Source: the human T2T-CHM13v2.0 reference genome, Homo sapiens. Taken from it: DNA of 64,000 bases. The stretch is taken from NCBI RefSeq assembly GCF_009914755.1, contig NC_060926.1; one strand, 5' to 3'. The notes below the pieces were generated by a model. That model saw only the letters and a list, made by a program, of their open reading frames with translations, ran no database searches and was not told the origin of the DNA. Both the position numbers and the translations under genes were made by a program. Each line of letters starts with the position of its first letter. Position 1 is the first letter of the stretch. Positions 63,695 through 64,000 of this stretch are shown here, piece after piece.

Positions 63695-63734
<40 letters not shown>

Positions 63735-64000
63735 GTATTTTATTTTTGCTTAAGTTTTATATTTCAGGAATTTATTTTTAAAGTTTTCCTAAGGACATCT
63801 TGCCTTGAATAGTGTTGGCACAGATTTTATTATACTAACATTTCTGCTACTAACAATCATAAATGTCAAACAAGACATATAAAATAGTTATTTGAAAGCA
63901 TAGGATAGTGACAAGCAGGCAGATACTCGAGGGAATAAAATGATTGAAAAAAAGGAAATATACTAGTTGCAATCCATATTTACATGTTTTTCCCCCACTC

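Overview
Human (primate) genomic DNA, rich in Alu, L1, L2, MIR, LTR and hAT repeats. The main gene is the complete 7-exon QPCT (glutaminyl-peptide cyclotransferase) on the + strand: ATG at 27723, TAA ending at 55915, spliced CDS 1086 nt = 361 aa, all introns GT-AG, Zn and catalytic residues intact. A large CpG island at ~7100-8450 drives a minus-strand gene whose non-coding first exon (donor at 7668) and second exon (acceptor at 167-168, running off the window start) are visible. I identify it as PRKD3 from recalled head-to-head synteny with QPCT, since no PRKD3 coding sequence lies in the window. A 5S rRNA pseudogene and a U6 retrocopy are also present. I found no convincing new biological system. 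The best leads are: a perfect 27-bp intronic hairpin; several template-switch or local-duplication scars; a candidate spliced divergent lncRNA; alternative 5' exons and uORFs; an overlapping upstream ORF on QPCT; and closely spaced inverted Alu pairs. Repeat family names and boundaries were assigned by eye and are approximate.
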